DNA of 64,000 nucleotides from Batkoa obscura (Eukaryota): NCBI GenBank assembly GCA_030770535.1, contig JASVEC010000022.1, positions 744,001 to 808,000 of the forward strand, read 5' to 3'. Shown piece by piece: positions 25,103 to 38,884 of this stretch (position 1 is its first letter; each line of letters starts with the position of its first letter). The notes under the pieces were generated by a model. It saw only the letters and a program-made list of their open reading frames with translations, ran no database searches and was not told where the DNA came from. The position numbers and the translations under genes were made by a program.

Positions 25103-26702
25103 ATGGTTTCAATGATAACTAGGTTAAGTACAAAGTTTGTACCTCAATTAAAGAAAAGCTTTAATACCAATGCTTTACGTTATGTATCTTTAAAATCTCA
25201 TCCTAGAAAAATTACACCTGAATTTGCTGCTTCTACTAGTTTAAGAGATTCTAACGTTGACCCAAAAAATGAAGAAACTGAATTTATCGGTAAGCCAATA
25301 AAGAAATTTAAATTTAAATAAAATCTAACAATTAATTGTTTTATTTTTTACTATAATCAAATAATAGAGGTTCAAGAAATTGATGATACTAAACTTAAGA
25401 ATTTCACTATTAATTTTGGTCCTCAACATCCAGCTGCTCATGGTGTATTACGTTTAATTTTAGAACTTAGTGGTGAAGAGATAACAAGAGCTGATCCTCA
25501 TGTCGGTTTACTTCATAGAGGCACAGAAAAATTAATTGAATATAAAAATTACTTACAAGCTTTACCATATTTTGATCGATTGGATTATGTTTCAATGATG
25601 ACTAATGAACAAGCTTATTCTTTAGCTGTTGAAAAATTATTAAATATTGAAATACCAGAGCGTGCTAAGTATATTCGTACTTTATTTGCTGAAATCACAC
25701 GTATATTAAATCATTGTATGGCTGTTGGTTCTCATGCTTTAGATGTTGGTGCTACTACCCCTTTACTTTGGTTATTTGAAGAACGTGAACGTTTAATGGA
25801 ATTTTATGAACGTGTATCAGGTGCTCGTATGCATGCTGCATATGTAAGACCAGGTGGTGTTTCATTAGATTTACCTTTTGGATTAATGGATGATATTTAT
25901 CATTGGGCTAAACAATTTCCATCTCGTATTGATGAAGCTGAAGAATTATTAAGTGGTAATAGAATTTGGAAAAATCGATTAATGAATGTTGGTATTGTAC
26001 CTGCTTCAATGGCATTAGAATTTGGATTTTCAGGTCCAATGTTACGTGGTTCTGGTATTCCTTGGGATATTCGTAAAGAACATCCATATGATGCTTATGA
26101 TAAAATGGAATTTGATATACCAGTTGGTACTAAAGGAGATTCTTATGATCGATTTTTATGTCGTATTGAAGAAATGAGACAATCTATTCGTATTATAATT
26201 CAATGTTTAAATCAAATGCCAGATGGACCAATTAAAATTGAAGATCATAAAATTGTACCACCTGCTCGTGCCGATATGAAAGAATCAATGGAAGCTTTAA
26301 TTCATCATTTCAAATTATATTCTGAAGGTTACCATGTACCTAAAGGTGAAACTTATACTGTTATTGAAGCTCCAAAAGGTGAATTTGGTGTTTATTTAGT
26401 TTCAGATGGTTCTAATAAACCTTATCGTTGTAAAATTCGTGCTCCTGGTTTCCTTCATTTAGCTGCTATGGATGATTTAGCTCGTGGTCATACTTTAGCT
26501 GATGTTGTTACTATTGTAGGAACTTGTAAGTTTATTTATTACTATCATAATATTATTTACTAATTCCACTTTTTACTTTTTATTTTTTATTTAAATTATT
26601 ATTTAATAATTTAGCTGATCTTGTGTTTGGTAAGTTTAATTTTACATAATAATTTATTATATAATTTACTAATATTTTATTTTAGGTGAAGTTGATCGTT
26701 AA
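25103..26702 (+). CDS. NDUFS2: Complex I 49-kDa subunit (NuoD), nuclear-encoded with mitochondrial presequence, 4 exons
   Basis: [46 protein letters not shown]; spliced C-terminus GTSDLVFGEVDR*. Confidence 0.95.
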
Positions 26703-27270
26703 ATTTTAAAAAAAGCATTTTTTATGATTTGAAAATGAATATTATTTTCAAATATACACATTAAATATCCATTTTGATTCTTTTTAATAAATATTAAAAA
26801 AAATAAAAATGTTATTAACAATAATATATTAAAACATGATTTTATTATTAGAGTTTATTTTTTAAATAATATATTTTGTTTTGCTTTGTTTTGTTTTTGT
26901 AAATAGAATTAATATTAAGAAATTATATATCATTATATTCTTTATTTAATCTTCCAAAATAGTTTTATTAAAAATAGAAATTCTATCAACTATTGACATA
27001 TCAACTAAAATTCAGTCATTTTGATTACTTTCAATAATATCAACCTTACGTTTTATATAATAATGATATCTATATTATTCTAATTTATCCTAATAATAAC
27101 CTATAATAAACCCGATATAATCAAAAATCCTTATCCACATGCCCCAACTCATTATTATGATGACGAAAGTAGGCTTCAACTCTTCATTGATTGGCTACTC
27201 ATTATCATCCTATTTAAATTCGAAAAACTATTTAGATAAAAACTAATCTTATCAACAAATAAAAAACAAA

Positions 27271-29024
27271 ATGAGTAAAGTTGACAATAAAGTGTGTTTA
27301 GTTGTCATAGATGGTTGGGGTATCTCTCCAAATTCTTCAACTGAAGGTGATGCCATTCGTAATGGAGATACTCCCATAATGGACCGTTTTGAATCAGAAG
27401 AAAAAGGATTTACTCAGCTGTCTGCTCATGGGTTATCCGTTGGTTTACCTGATGGCTTAATGGGAAATAGTGAAGTAGGTCATTTAAATATTGGTGCAGG
27501 AAGAGTGGTTTATCAAGATATTGTACGTATTGATTTAGCTTTAAAAAAGAAACAATTTGGTTCAACTGAAAATATCAAAAAATCGTTTCAAAAAGCTATT
27601 GAAAGTAATGGCAGATTACATTTATTAGGTTTGATTTCTGATGGTGGGGTACATTCCCATATCAATCATCTTTTTGGTTTATTAGAAGCTGCTAAAGAAG
27701 CCAAAGTTCCTGAGGTTTTTATTCATTTTTTCGGAGATGGTAGAGATACTAATCCAAAATCAGCCGGTAAATTTTTTGATGTTTAATATATCATATTCTT
27801 ATTTTTTAATATTTGATATTAGTTAAATACGCCCAACAATTACAAGAACATTTAGATCAAAATAAATATGGTAAAATTGGTACTGTAATAGGACGTTATT
27901 ATGCTATGGATAGAGATAAGAGATGGGAAAGAATTGAAGTAGCTGTTAAAGCTCTTATTGAAGGAAAAGGAGAAAAAAGTGACGATTTACAAAAAACTTT
28001 AAAAGAAAGATATGATTCTGATGAAACAGATGAATTTTTAAAACCAATTATATTAAATGAAGATAGTCTAATTAAAGAAAATGATACTTTATTATTTTTC
28101 AATTATCGTTCCGATCGTATGCGTGAAATTACTCAGATTTTTGGAGTTGATTCATCACCTGTAGATGTTAAAATCCCAAAGAATTTAGTAAGTCTTATTT
28201 ATTTTTACTACAATATATTAAATATTTATTATTGTTTACTTAGGATATTACTACTTTCACTCAATATAAAACCGATTATCCATTTAATAAAGCTTTCCCA
28301 CCACAAGTAATGGATAATGTATTAGCTGATTGGTTAAGTCAACATAAAGTTAAACAAATTCATATTGCAGGTAAATAGTAATTATATATATTCACCTCCA
28401 ATTCAATTAACTTAACCTCCTTTAATTAGAAACTGAGAAATACGCTCATGTGACCTTTTTCTTTAATGGGGGAGTAGAAATTCAATATGATTTAGAAGAT
28501 CGTGATTTAATTAATTCCCCTAAAGTAGCTACTTATGATCTTAAACCAGAAATGAGTGCTATTGAGGTTGGTGAAAAAGTAGCTGAAAGAATTTTAGAAG
28601 ATAAGCATGAATTTGTTATGTGTAATTTTGCACCACCTGATATGGTTGGTCATACTGGTAAATACGAAGAAGCTATTAAAGGCTGTGAAGCTACTGATAA
28701 AGCCATTGGTATTATTGAAAAAGCTTGTAAAGAAAAAGGTTATGTCCTTTTTGTTACTGCTGATCATGGTAATGCTGAAAAAATGATTTCAGAAGAAGGA
28801 GGTCCTCATACTGCTCATACTACTGCTAAGGGTAAGTTTCATTGATGTTTTTATTATTATTTTTATTAATAATAATATTTTTAGTACCTTTTGTTATGAG
28901 TAATACAGATCTTAAATTTAAGGCTGGTTCTGAAGGGGCTCTCTGTGATGTAGCCCCAACTATTTTAGCTACTATGGGATTACCTAAACCTAAAGAAATG
29001 GATGGGGAATCTTTGTTAGCTTAA
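27271..29024 (+). CDS. gpmI: 2,3-bisphosphoglycerate-independent phosphoglycerate mutase (iPGM), multi-exon
   Basis: [55 protein letters not shown]. Confidence 0.95.
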
Positions 29025-29150
29025 ATTAAAGTTACAATTTATTAACTATTTTTGTACTTAATTATAATTTTTTAATATTTACATTAATAAATAATAACTA
29101 TTTTTTTGTTTATACAATATAATAATATAACATATATTTAATTATAATAA

Positions 29151-30639
29151 CTAAATAGAAAGTGGAGGATTACGTTTTGTCCAGTCATAATAATATAGAA
29201 CTACTAATAATGGTTGACCAATGATACAAAAAGCTAACCAAAATACAACATTACCAGCAGATGTAGTAGGACCACGATACTTAACAATTAAATCCGTAAT
29301 AATGATTAATGGTATTTGACCAAGCATACCCCAAAAAGCAAATCCTTGAATTGAATGTACTGAGACACCAAATAATAATTCATGAAATACGGCTGAAAAG
29401 AAAAAACTAACAGCTACAGCAACCAATTGTGAATAGCCTGCATTGACAACAGGTACATAAACATGTCGTTTCATCCAATTATGGACGGGTTGATTCCATA
29501 AACGCCAATATTGAGATAATGAAGAACTATTCCACCATGGTAAATAAAAGTTACGATCCCCAAATTTTAATACCTAAATAAAGATCAATTTAAAACTTAA
29601 ATTTATAATAAATGAATTAACTTACTTCTGCCAAAGCATTAAGAAAAGAATGAAAAAAAGCGTAAAAACCAAGCAACCAAACGATTACAGAGATTGAAGA
29701 TAACTTTAAAACTCTTTCAAAAACAAAAACGGGATTTGGATTATGTACTTGATTTTCTCTAGTAATTGAATTTCTTAAAGTTGGGATAGCGTATTGAACA
29801 ACCAAGAAATACATTAATAAAGTAGATAATGTAAATTCAGCTATCCTTTTGAGTAAAAAGCCAACTCTTATCTTTTCCGTCCTTGGATAACTTGGTTGAT
29901 AACATAAAGTAGGCGCCAATAAAAAATAAATAAAATTATTACTAGTTAAATTATTGGGATATTCTATTTCATAAGAATGAATCTTTTCTTTTTTTTCATA
30001 AGCGCTTCTTAAGCTACTATTAACACAAGCAAATGATATCAATTTAAGTGCTGTAATTGAAGAAAATAACATCATAATAAAACCCAAAAAGGGATGAAAT
30101 AACCAAAAATAAACGGTATAAGTAGTCATTATCAATACTAAACTAATATTTAAAGTATGTAAATAACGATAAAACCTCTTTTTTTTATCATCTAATATAT
30201 CTCCTTTTTCACTTATCATTAAGCGTTCAATATAAAAACATACATAACTTGAAGCCAATATATATACTCCTAAAACAAAGGTTAATAGCCAATCCAAATC
30301 ACTAATACTACGTTGAGTTGGTAACCTAATTAAAACTCCATATTTCAAAAAGTTTTCCACTATTAAACGTACATTGGTAGCTAATAATAATAACACTATG
30401 ATAATAAACAAGATTAGTCACATTATAGATTTAAGTCTAGCATTCAACTTACTAGCCAAAGTAAAAAAACCACGATAATTTTGAGGTGGAGCTTCTTTTG
30501 CTAAAATAGAATACGAATTATTGACATGTACGGGGAGAGCATGCTTATAAGGAAAAACTTTGACATCTAATTGATATTTTATTTTCTCTTTTTCAGTCCT
30601 TTCTGTTTCTTTAGTGCCCATCTCTTTTTCTTTAGTCAT
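29151..30639 (-). CDS. DGAT1: MBOAT acyltransferase, DGAT1-type, multi-exon
   Basis: QNYRGFF; NVRLIVENFLKYG; APTLCYQPSYPR; FGDRNFY.PWWN; WNQPVHNWMKRHVY; SAVFHE; GNVVFW. Confidence 0.88.
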
Positions 30640-31281
30640 TTTTCAAAAATTGTTTACTTTAAAAACAAATCTTAATTTTGTGATATTTATAGTTAAATTT
30701 TTTTAGCATGTGAAAATCAATGCTTAGCCAGTTGAATCAGAGTTGATAACAAATGCATAATAAATAGTTGAGTTAAGGTTTATCGGATGGCGTATACCAG
30801 TAAATTAAAAGTTAATTATTATATATAATAAACATAATTTGATTGTTTATTTTACTTAAATAAATCATGGAAGTAATAGTTTTAAAGGCTCTTTTAATGC
30901 CCTTAAATCTCCTCCTCTTTATTAAATAATACGCTTATCTAATACTACACCCTTTAAACTCCATTATAATTAACCTTTTTTTTACTGTAATTTATTGTTA
31001 TTAATTTTACTCTTTAATTTGTTTTAAAGATAAAAGAATTGTAATATTCATAATATTTTAAATAATATTTTAAATTTAACTTTCGAATGTTTTTTATTCT
31101 TAAGAATTTATGAAGATTTTAATAATTTTGCTAAATTAGTCAAACTAAAAACATAATTTAAATACTTATTTGTTATTTTATTAATAAAAATAGAAATAGC
31201 TTTTGATTACAACACAATTGACTTTTGATATTATACAAAACTTATTTCGATAATAAACATTGTTACACTTCCTCAAAATAT

Positions 31282-31378
31282 AGGGATGTGTTTTTTTGTT
31301 CAAGAATTTTACTAACGATTCTTCCACTCAAATAGCATTTAAAAATGGAAAAATAATGAAGTCAAAAAAAATATCACC
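31282..31378. mobile_element. MITE copy
   Basis: Family match. Confidence 0.85.
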
Positions 31379-31883
31379 GTATAAAGTTAACGTAATTCAG
31401 TGGAAACAAATATTAGAAGATCTCTGAGACCATTTCAATCCATCTTAACAAATCAAATTTCTCTTTGATATATAAATCAACTATATCATTATAACAAATA
31501 TATTTTAAATTCAATATAGTTTATTTGAGTACTTTGAGTTCACCTTATTGCATTTGAATTACTGTTTATAACATCTTGATAGCTCTAACACTCAATTTCA
31601 AGCTTTCTATTATTTAATGATGCTTTTAATTCAACAATAACTGAGTGTTTTGGGATTAAAAATGTTTTTGAGTTCATTTAGGAGTACTTGAAGTAATTAT
31701 TCTCTTCCTTGACAACAGGTAATTTAGTTATTTTTATACATGATTACCCAGTAATATATATTTTATTGTTATGTACTTTTTTTTGTTGAGTATGTATGAT
31801 AGTATATTGTTAACAAAAACAAATTAAAATACTAAAATATTTTTTTATTAACATTGGGCTTTATTTTAAAGAATATAGCATAT

Positions 31884-31975
31884 GGGGTACTTTTTTGGTT
31901 TCATCACTTTTCCCTTTAAGTACTGTTGAGCAGAAAAAATGCTAGCAAGTTTCTTGAACAAAAAAAGACATTCCC
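31884..31975. mobile_element. MITE copy (decayed)
   Basis: Family match. Confidence 0.78.
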
Positions 31976-32070
31976 ATACACTCTTCATTAACATTTAGTG
32001 CAATAACAATTGGAATGCTTGAATCTTATTTACAATCAATGTTGATACTTTTATAGATTTCTTTTATAAA

Positions 32071-32376
32071 TCAACCAGTTCAATCCATTCTTATATTTTA
32101 AAGGCATTAGGTAAATCTCCGATATTGTCGTCAATATTGTTATAAGCAGCTCCTTTTATTATGGTAATATCATAATAATTTGTATGTAATGTAAATACAA
32201 TGAGTAGAATGGCTTAGGGTTATTAATACTCTGTTAGAAAAACATCTATCTTTTATATGTTTCACCAATTGCTGTTAGACCTGATATGATGAGACTCACT
32301 TAGTTTGCCCAAAATGGTCACTACCTTAACTTGACCTTTAGTTTTCTCAACTGTAATACCAGTACTTTCATCATGT
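32071..32376 (-). pseudogene. Tandem-family copy A (3' half only, cut by a MITE)
   Basis: STGITVEKTKGQVKVVTILGKLSESHHIRS..QLVKHI..RMD*TG* aligns with copies B and E. Confidence 0.65.
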
Positions 32377-32472
32377 GAGGGTATTTTTTTAGCTTCATCA
32401 CTTTTTCTATTAAGTGCTATTTGAGTGAAAAATTTGTTAGTAAAATTCTTAAACACAAAAACACACTCCCCC
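32377..32472. mobile_element. MITE copy abutting truncated paralogue A
   Basis: Family match. Confidence 0.85.
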
Positions 32473-32618
32473 ATATACTAGAAATTTACTACTAAATAAA
32501 TAGTTTTATAAATGTTAAGCTTTGTAGTTTAAACCTTCATTTGTTATTATATATAATACCACTATATAGTTAGGCTCTAAAATCAATTATTTTATATAGC
32601 AATTGTTTTTATTATAAG

Positions 32619-33083
32619 TCAAGCTCTTTCATCAACTCTCATCTTTTTAAAAGTACTTAATAATTTGTCGATATCCATTAAATTGTTAAGGGTAGCTACT
32701 TCTACTACATAAGTGTTGTAAGCTTCTGTATCTAATTCAAATATGGTAGAATATTCTCGAGCCATTAATATTCCATTAGGATAAAGCTTTTCTTGCATAA
32801 ATTCCTCTAGTTGATGGCTAGATCTCGAAAGTTCAGATTTATCCAATATAAACATAATAACTAATACTTTAGCTTTATCTTTAATTGTCTTAATTAAAAT
32901 AGCAGTTCCTACACTATCATAATCGTTGATAGGAATTCCAGATTTAATAAAGTAACCATTAAATGGATCTAATCCACTAAATCTTAAAAGAGCAAAGGCT
33001 AATCCAGTGATCTCACGTTCCCATTTGGCTTCAAGTGCTATATTAGCTGTTGTTAAAAATATCTCTTTTTCCAGTTCATTCAT
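32619..33083 (-). CDS. Tandem-family copy B: 154-aa open frame, REase-fold-like orphan protein; only copy open across the core
   Basis: ORF track. Homologous to seven neighbouring decayed copies. Homology continues upstream to ~33231 but is interrupted by stops, so it may itself be truncated. Confidence 0.55.
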   Translation of the reverse strand: MNELEKEIFLTTANIALEAKWEREITGLAFALLRFSGLDPFNGYFIKSGIPINDYDSVGTAILIKTIKDKAKVLVIMFILDKSELSRSSHQLEEFMQEKLYPNGILMAREYSTIFELDTEAYNTYVVEVATLNNLMDIDKLLSTFKKMRVDERA

Positions 33084-33477
33084 GTTTTTTATTTGTTTTC
33101 TTATTACTCTTTTATAACCTTCAAAAGATGACTTGTATCCTTAGCTAATACTTTATTGACTAAGGAAGTCAATCTAAAACAGCATCCAATAAGGTAAATG
33201 ATGAATTTTAAAGAAACGCATAATAATTGGCAAATAATTAAGTAATAGATGTTAACTTAGTTTTTATTATTTTGGATTATAATAAATATATAGTGTAAGG
33301 CTTTTTATCATGTAATTTTTTACTCGCATTTTGATGAAAGGATAATATACTAAGAGGCTATTATTATTTAGATTTTTATCCTTATCAAGTTTAAATTAAA
33401 GCTTAAGTATACCCAATTTATTTTAGAATCAGGTTCCAGTAGCAATATCCTTATGTAGCAGCATCCTCTATTGCAAA

Positions 33478-34070
33478 TCAAGCGCTTTAATCAATTCTCA
33501 TCTTTTTAGAAACATTCAGAAATTCATTGATATGAGTTAAATTATATTATAGATGGCTTCTTATACTACCTGAGCGTCTATATTTAATAAAATATAATGG
33601 ATGAGCTTGGATTCATTAATACTCTATAAAAAAAGCAGTATTTTGTATATACTTGGCTAAATGCTCTTCAGATTTTGTAAAATTTGATTTGTCTCAATTA
33701 CATTCAATTGCTAATACTTTGGTCCTATCTGTAGGTTTCTGGACCATAGTATTAGCGTATATATTACTATTATAGCCAATATAAATGTTTTTAATACGAA
33801 AGCAATCATCATTATCTAATCCAATGAATTTCAAAAGAGCAGTCACTAATTCAATGGCATTATCATCCAATCTAGCATAAGGCGCAGTGTTTGTCGTTGT
33901 TGTTAATCTTTCCTTTTGAATTTCACCTGTATTTTGATTTTGAGTTTGTATATCATTCTTTTTATAGTTGTCAAAAGATGAAACTTATATCCTTAGTTAA
34001 TAATCAACTAGTTAAAAATATACACTAACCTACTTAATACGCATTAAATACAGTATAGAAAAGACACATA
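33478..34070 (-). pseudogene. Tandem-family copy C
   Basis: ERLTTTTNTAPYARLDDNAIELVTALLKFIGLD..RTKVLAIECN*DKS..HLAKYIQ..INEFLNVSKKMRID*SA*. Confidence 0.75.
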
Positions 34071-34372
34071 TAATTAGTAAACATTACATAATAATTGCTC
34101 TTAGTTTTTGTTAGCTTTGGATTATGATAATAATATGAATTACTGTTAAGACTCTTTTTATTGTAGAAACTGTTTATTATTCTTTAATTGTAATTCCATT
34201 TATATTATTATAAAAAAATTTAAGTAGTAAAAATATATTAGAAATTCTTAGTTAAGTAAATAATTTTATTAACATTAGGCATTATAAGTCAAATTCTATT
34301 TATAGTTATATATATTACCATCTAAATGAAAAACCCTGGTGTAAATATTTTTATATAGCAGGTTTATTTATA

Positions 34373-34983
34373 TCAATCAGCTTCGTTGATTCCTATGGCT
34401 TTAAGAATATTTAATAAATTGTTAGGATCATCAATATTTTTATGGAGGGTCCCTTCCACTATAGGAACACCACTGGCACCTTCAAAGGATTTAAAAACGA
34501 TAGAGGAGCTTGGAGACATCAATACTCCATATGGAAAATATTCACCTTGTATAAATTCAGCCAGGTGTCAAGGTCCTGTAAATTGAGACTTTTTATCTGA
34601 TTTACATTCAATAACTAATATTTTAATACTATATTTGTTTGATTCGACCGTAATATTGATGCTTCTATCATCATTATTGCCGATAAGAATTACATATTTA
34701 ATGAAGTAAACATTAAATGGATCTAATCCGTTAAAGCTCAAAAGAACAAATGCTAATCTAATAACATTGGTTTTCTGTTTGTTTCAAGCCCCTTATTGGC
34801 TACTATTAAAAACGTTTCTTTCTGTGATTGATTGATCTTTTATTTTATTTTAGAAGTATACTTATATTGTTCTTTTTATAGCTTTCAAAGGATAGCTTAT
34901 ATCAATAGCTAATACTTAATTAAGCCAGTAAGTTAATCTAAAGCAATAAACAGCAAAAGCACCGTTAGGCGCTATAAAAACAT
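34373..34983 (-). pseudogene. Tandem-family copy D
   Basis: RLAFVLLSFNGLDPFNVYFIK..RSINITVE..KILVIECKSDK..*HLAEFIQGEYFPYGVLM..LLNILKAIGINEAD*. Confidence 0.75.
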
Positions 34984-35126
34984 ATTACAACTGTACCATC
35001 ATCAAATGGTTATTATCAAGTTAGCCGGTCATTACTCATAGATGTTAAAAACCATTGGAATGGTTATAGTAAGTATTTACATTGTACGGACTATAATTAC
35101 ATTGTGGTTATCAAAAGTTTAAATAT

Positions 35127-35224
35127 GGAGATGTATTTTTGTGTTTAAGAATTTTACTAACAATCTTTTCACTCAAATAATGCTTAAAAGATGGAAAAGG
35201 TAATTAAGCCAAAAAAACATCCCC
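35127..35224. mobile_element. MITE copy
   Basis: Family match, ATAT TSD. Confidence 0.88.
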
Positions 35225-35367
35225 ATATACTGAAAATTTAATATTAAATAAATAGCTTTACTAATATGAAGTTTATAATTTAAATCTGTTTATAAATGTG
35301 TATGATATTATTTCAAATTTAAGTTCCAGTAGCAGCATTTTTATATAACAGTTTTCTTTATTATAGG

Positions 35368-35950
35368 TCAACCGGTTCTATCAGTTCCCATGCTTTTAAG
35401 AGCATTCAATAAAACATCAAAATCTGTTACATTGTTACATGTAACATTTTCTACAATAGAGACGTTGGGGGAATCAACATTCAAAGTAGACATAGTAGGA
35501 GAACTCGGAGTCATTAATATTCCCTTATGATAAAGCTTACTTTGCATATAACCCACCGGTTGTTGTTTGAATCCTATGATTTAATACTCACCTAATTTAC
35601 ACATAATAATCAACGCTTTATCTTCATCTTTACTTATTTTGGGTACAATATCAGACCCATCATTATTCCCATTATTGAGCTTTAGACATAGTTGTGTAAC
35701 CATTATGATAACATAGTCCACTAAATTCTAAAAAACAAAATGTCAATACAATAGTATCACCATTTGATCTAGTATTAAACGCTTTATTTATTATAGTCAT
35801 CAAAATCTCCATCTGTGAATCGTTTATCCTTTATTTTATATTAGACTTTGTTTTTTATTTTGTTTGTAGGAGAGTAAAAATTAAAAACAAACCTTACTCA
35901 ATAGTCAATTGCTTAAAAAGAAATACTTATCGTAATCAACTGCCATTTTT
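35368..35950 (-). pseudogene. Tandem-family copy E
   Basis: EDKALIIMCKLGE..GYMQSKLYHKGILMTP..DVLLNALKSMGTDRTG*. Confidence 0.7.
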
Positions 35951-36810
35951 ATATCTGCCAAGCTAAACCATAAATAATACAAAAAACTCAACATAATGAA
36001 ATAAAGTCAATACATGACAAAAAGATCTAATCAAATACCTGTTACTTGGTCTATTTCACATTAATTATTATATTTTTCTGATAAATTTAGCTAAAAATAT
36101 GATGGTTAACATGAAACAGACCAAGTATTACTTTAATAAAATGGTAACTATATTTTATGGCATACTTAATTATAGCACCATATAACATAACTAATTCTGA
36201 TGGTACACATTAAGATAACCCCTTAGGTCTATGGGAAACTGAAATAATCGTAGCATAAATGACCACTAAAAGATATAAAGAGTGTTTCTATACGATAGCC
36301 TTTTGAATATATTATTAAAATAGTAATCGAATTGTTATTATAGTATCTACCTTTTTTATATAATTCGATCTATCTTAATATGTAAGGATCTACTTTCTGT
36401 ATCTGAACCCGCTAGTTACATCCTGAAAGCTTTTAGATATTCTCTTAAGCCTCCCACCCACTATGATGTGGTTCCAATTTACCTAATAATTCGGTGTTCT
36501 TGGAATTGAATATTGGTTTTGACTTCACTGAAAGGTATGAAAAAGAGATACATTTTTCATTGAAAATAAACATTTTAGTATTTTATTTATTCATAATTAT
36601 TAAACAACATGGTTTTTATTGGTGTATACTTTTTTGTTTGATATACAAGATAGTTCCTTCGCTTTAAAAAACAAAAAGTAATCAAGAATAAAAAACATAT
36701 AACACTCTGGCTGTTTTTTTGAATAACAAATTACTTTAGTGCTATTTCCAGTACAAAGTTTTGTATGTGTTCATTATCAATACTTTTGTATGATCTTTTA
36801 TTACTGTAAA

Positions 36811-37400
36811 TCAAACAGATTGATCGATTCTCATATTTTTTGAGAGATTATATAATGTATCAATACAGCTCATATTATGATAAGTAGCTCCTTATATTAT
36901 AACAACATCTTGGGCCTCTATATATAGCTTGAGTATTTTGGAATGCCTTCGAGTCATCAATATTCTGTCGAAAGAAAATTTACTTTAGATATATCTTATA
37001 ATTTGTTGCTTAAGACTAGTAAGATGAGATTCATCTAGTTCACATAAAATAACCGCAGCTTTAGCCTGAGTTTAATTCTCTCGACCATAATACCAATATT
37101 ATTATGATTGTTACTATTGGCCTTACTTTTAGATTTACAAGTATAAGTATTAGAAGGAACTAATCGACTAAAATTTAAAGAAGTATATACTAAGCTACTG
37201 ACTTCCTTTTCCATCTAGTATAGAGTACTTTGTTAGATATCATTATTATTATCTCTATATGAACGGTTCATGTTTATTTTACGTTAACGTTTATTTTATT
37301 GCTCTATTTATACCTTTTAAAAGATGGCTTGTATCCTCAGTTGCTAAACTGATTAAAAAGTTAAGTCAATCTAAAACAGTACGCAGAAAAACTAATATTA
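36811..37400 (-). pseudogene. Tandem-family copy F
   Basis: EKEVSSLVYTSLNFSRL..IGIMVE..AVILCELDES..QQIIRYI*..RILMT..IDTLYNLSKNMRIDQSV*. Confidence 0.7.
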
Positions 37401-37704
37401 AATACTGTAAAAAATATAGTGGGGTTTCTAAACTATTATACAATTGTTATCCAATATGTATTCTATTACTCTCAAATTATAATCGTGATATGAACTAACT
37501 TTTTAATTCTTTATATTATATCAATTTTTATCGAATCTTAATTTCAATTATATTTATATTATTTTCTGTCAAGTATTTTAAATATTAATCACTTTGTCAA
37601 CGTTATACTTTAAACTTTGAAATTTTATTATAAATTTAAATAGATGTTATTTGAGAATTAAATTTCAATATCAATCTATTTACTCTATCATTATCTAATA
37701 TAAA

Positions 37705-38200
37705 TTAGACAGTTTTATTGATTTTCATACCTCTTTGAAAGCATTAGATAATTCATCCATGTGAAAAATAATAGTGTAAGAGATTCCTTCTACTATAAGG
37801 GCATCTTAATATTTTTACTTAATATAAACAAATTGGCAAACTTTGGATCCATAAATGCACCATTAAGGAAAAATTATACTTGATATTAGGTTAATAGTTG
37901 TTAAAACTTTAATTAAAGTTGCCTAGCTTATGCACAAGAAATAATACTTTGACTTCATTCTTAATTACTTTAATCGTAATGCAGTCTACTTTGTTATTTT
38001 TAAATAAATGTGGTTTTTATCTGCAACTAAGTAGCTGCTCATCTAATCCAATCTAATTCAGTATAATACAACAAAAGTCCCACCAATTCATTGATATCGC
38101 TTTCACATCCACCATCATTTGCATGTCTAATCATAATAAATAACTTTTTTCTTCATAGCTGGCTTATTTTCTATATTCAAAGTTACTTCACTACTTTTTC
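37705..38200 (-). pseudogene. Tandem-family copy G (most decayed)
   Basis: GLDE..VDCITIKVIKNEVKVLFLVHKLG..MDELSNAFK..MKINKTV*. Confidence 0.6.
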
Positions 38201-38884
38201 ATAATTTATAAAAACAGTAAGACAAATCTTTAGCTATCGATTAATTGATTAATCCACCAAGAGCATATGCCGTATGTATACGCAAAAAAATTTGACTTTA
38301 AGCAATTGTACAAAGTTTAAACTTTTAATACAAAATTTCAAAATTTAGAGCCTGGGAAGTTGTATAAACTAACTATTAAAGCAAAAAAATTGATGGCAGG
38401 AAAATTGATACTTTTTGATTTTGATTTATGATAGTTGACAAGTTATGAAAAAAAGTTGGTATAAAACAATACGCAGTAAAAGCAAAAGAGAAAGTTCACG
38501 TAACTAATCAAATCAGTCAATTACTCTAGAGCAAAAACCTTAGGAATTTATTTTTTTTTGTTTACTTTTGAGTGATACTGTATAAAGTACTGTACAAAAC
38601 ACCAGTAGTATATTTTAATTTTAAGTTATCTGCTAAGTTTTGTTTTTATTGTATAAAATAACGCTATATATTTAGTAACAATTAAGTTATTAGAAAAGCG
38701 TTTGAGTTTAAGACATTTAAAGTGATAGGATAATTAAGCACAAAAGTAATTAAATGATTACTTTTCAATTGTTTAAAAAAATATTACATATCTCACTATT
38801 ATTTACCATAACAATTAAAAACCTTAAAGTTTGTTTAAAAATAAGTATCAATCGTTTTATATGGCAATAGAACTTTACTATAAA

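Noticed and set aside
25103..26702. NDUFS2/nad7 as a NUMT
   Set aside because: It has a presequence, spliceosomal introns and the standard code; this subunit is normally nuclear in fungi.
27271..29024. iPGM as a bacterial horizontal transfer
   Set aside because: The gene contains introns and iPGM is widespread in fungi and other eukaryotes.
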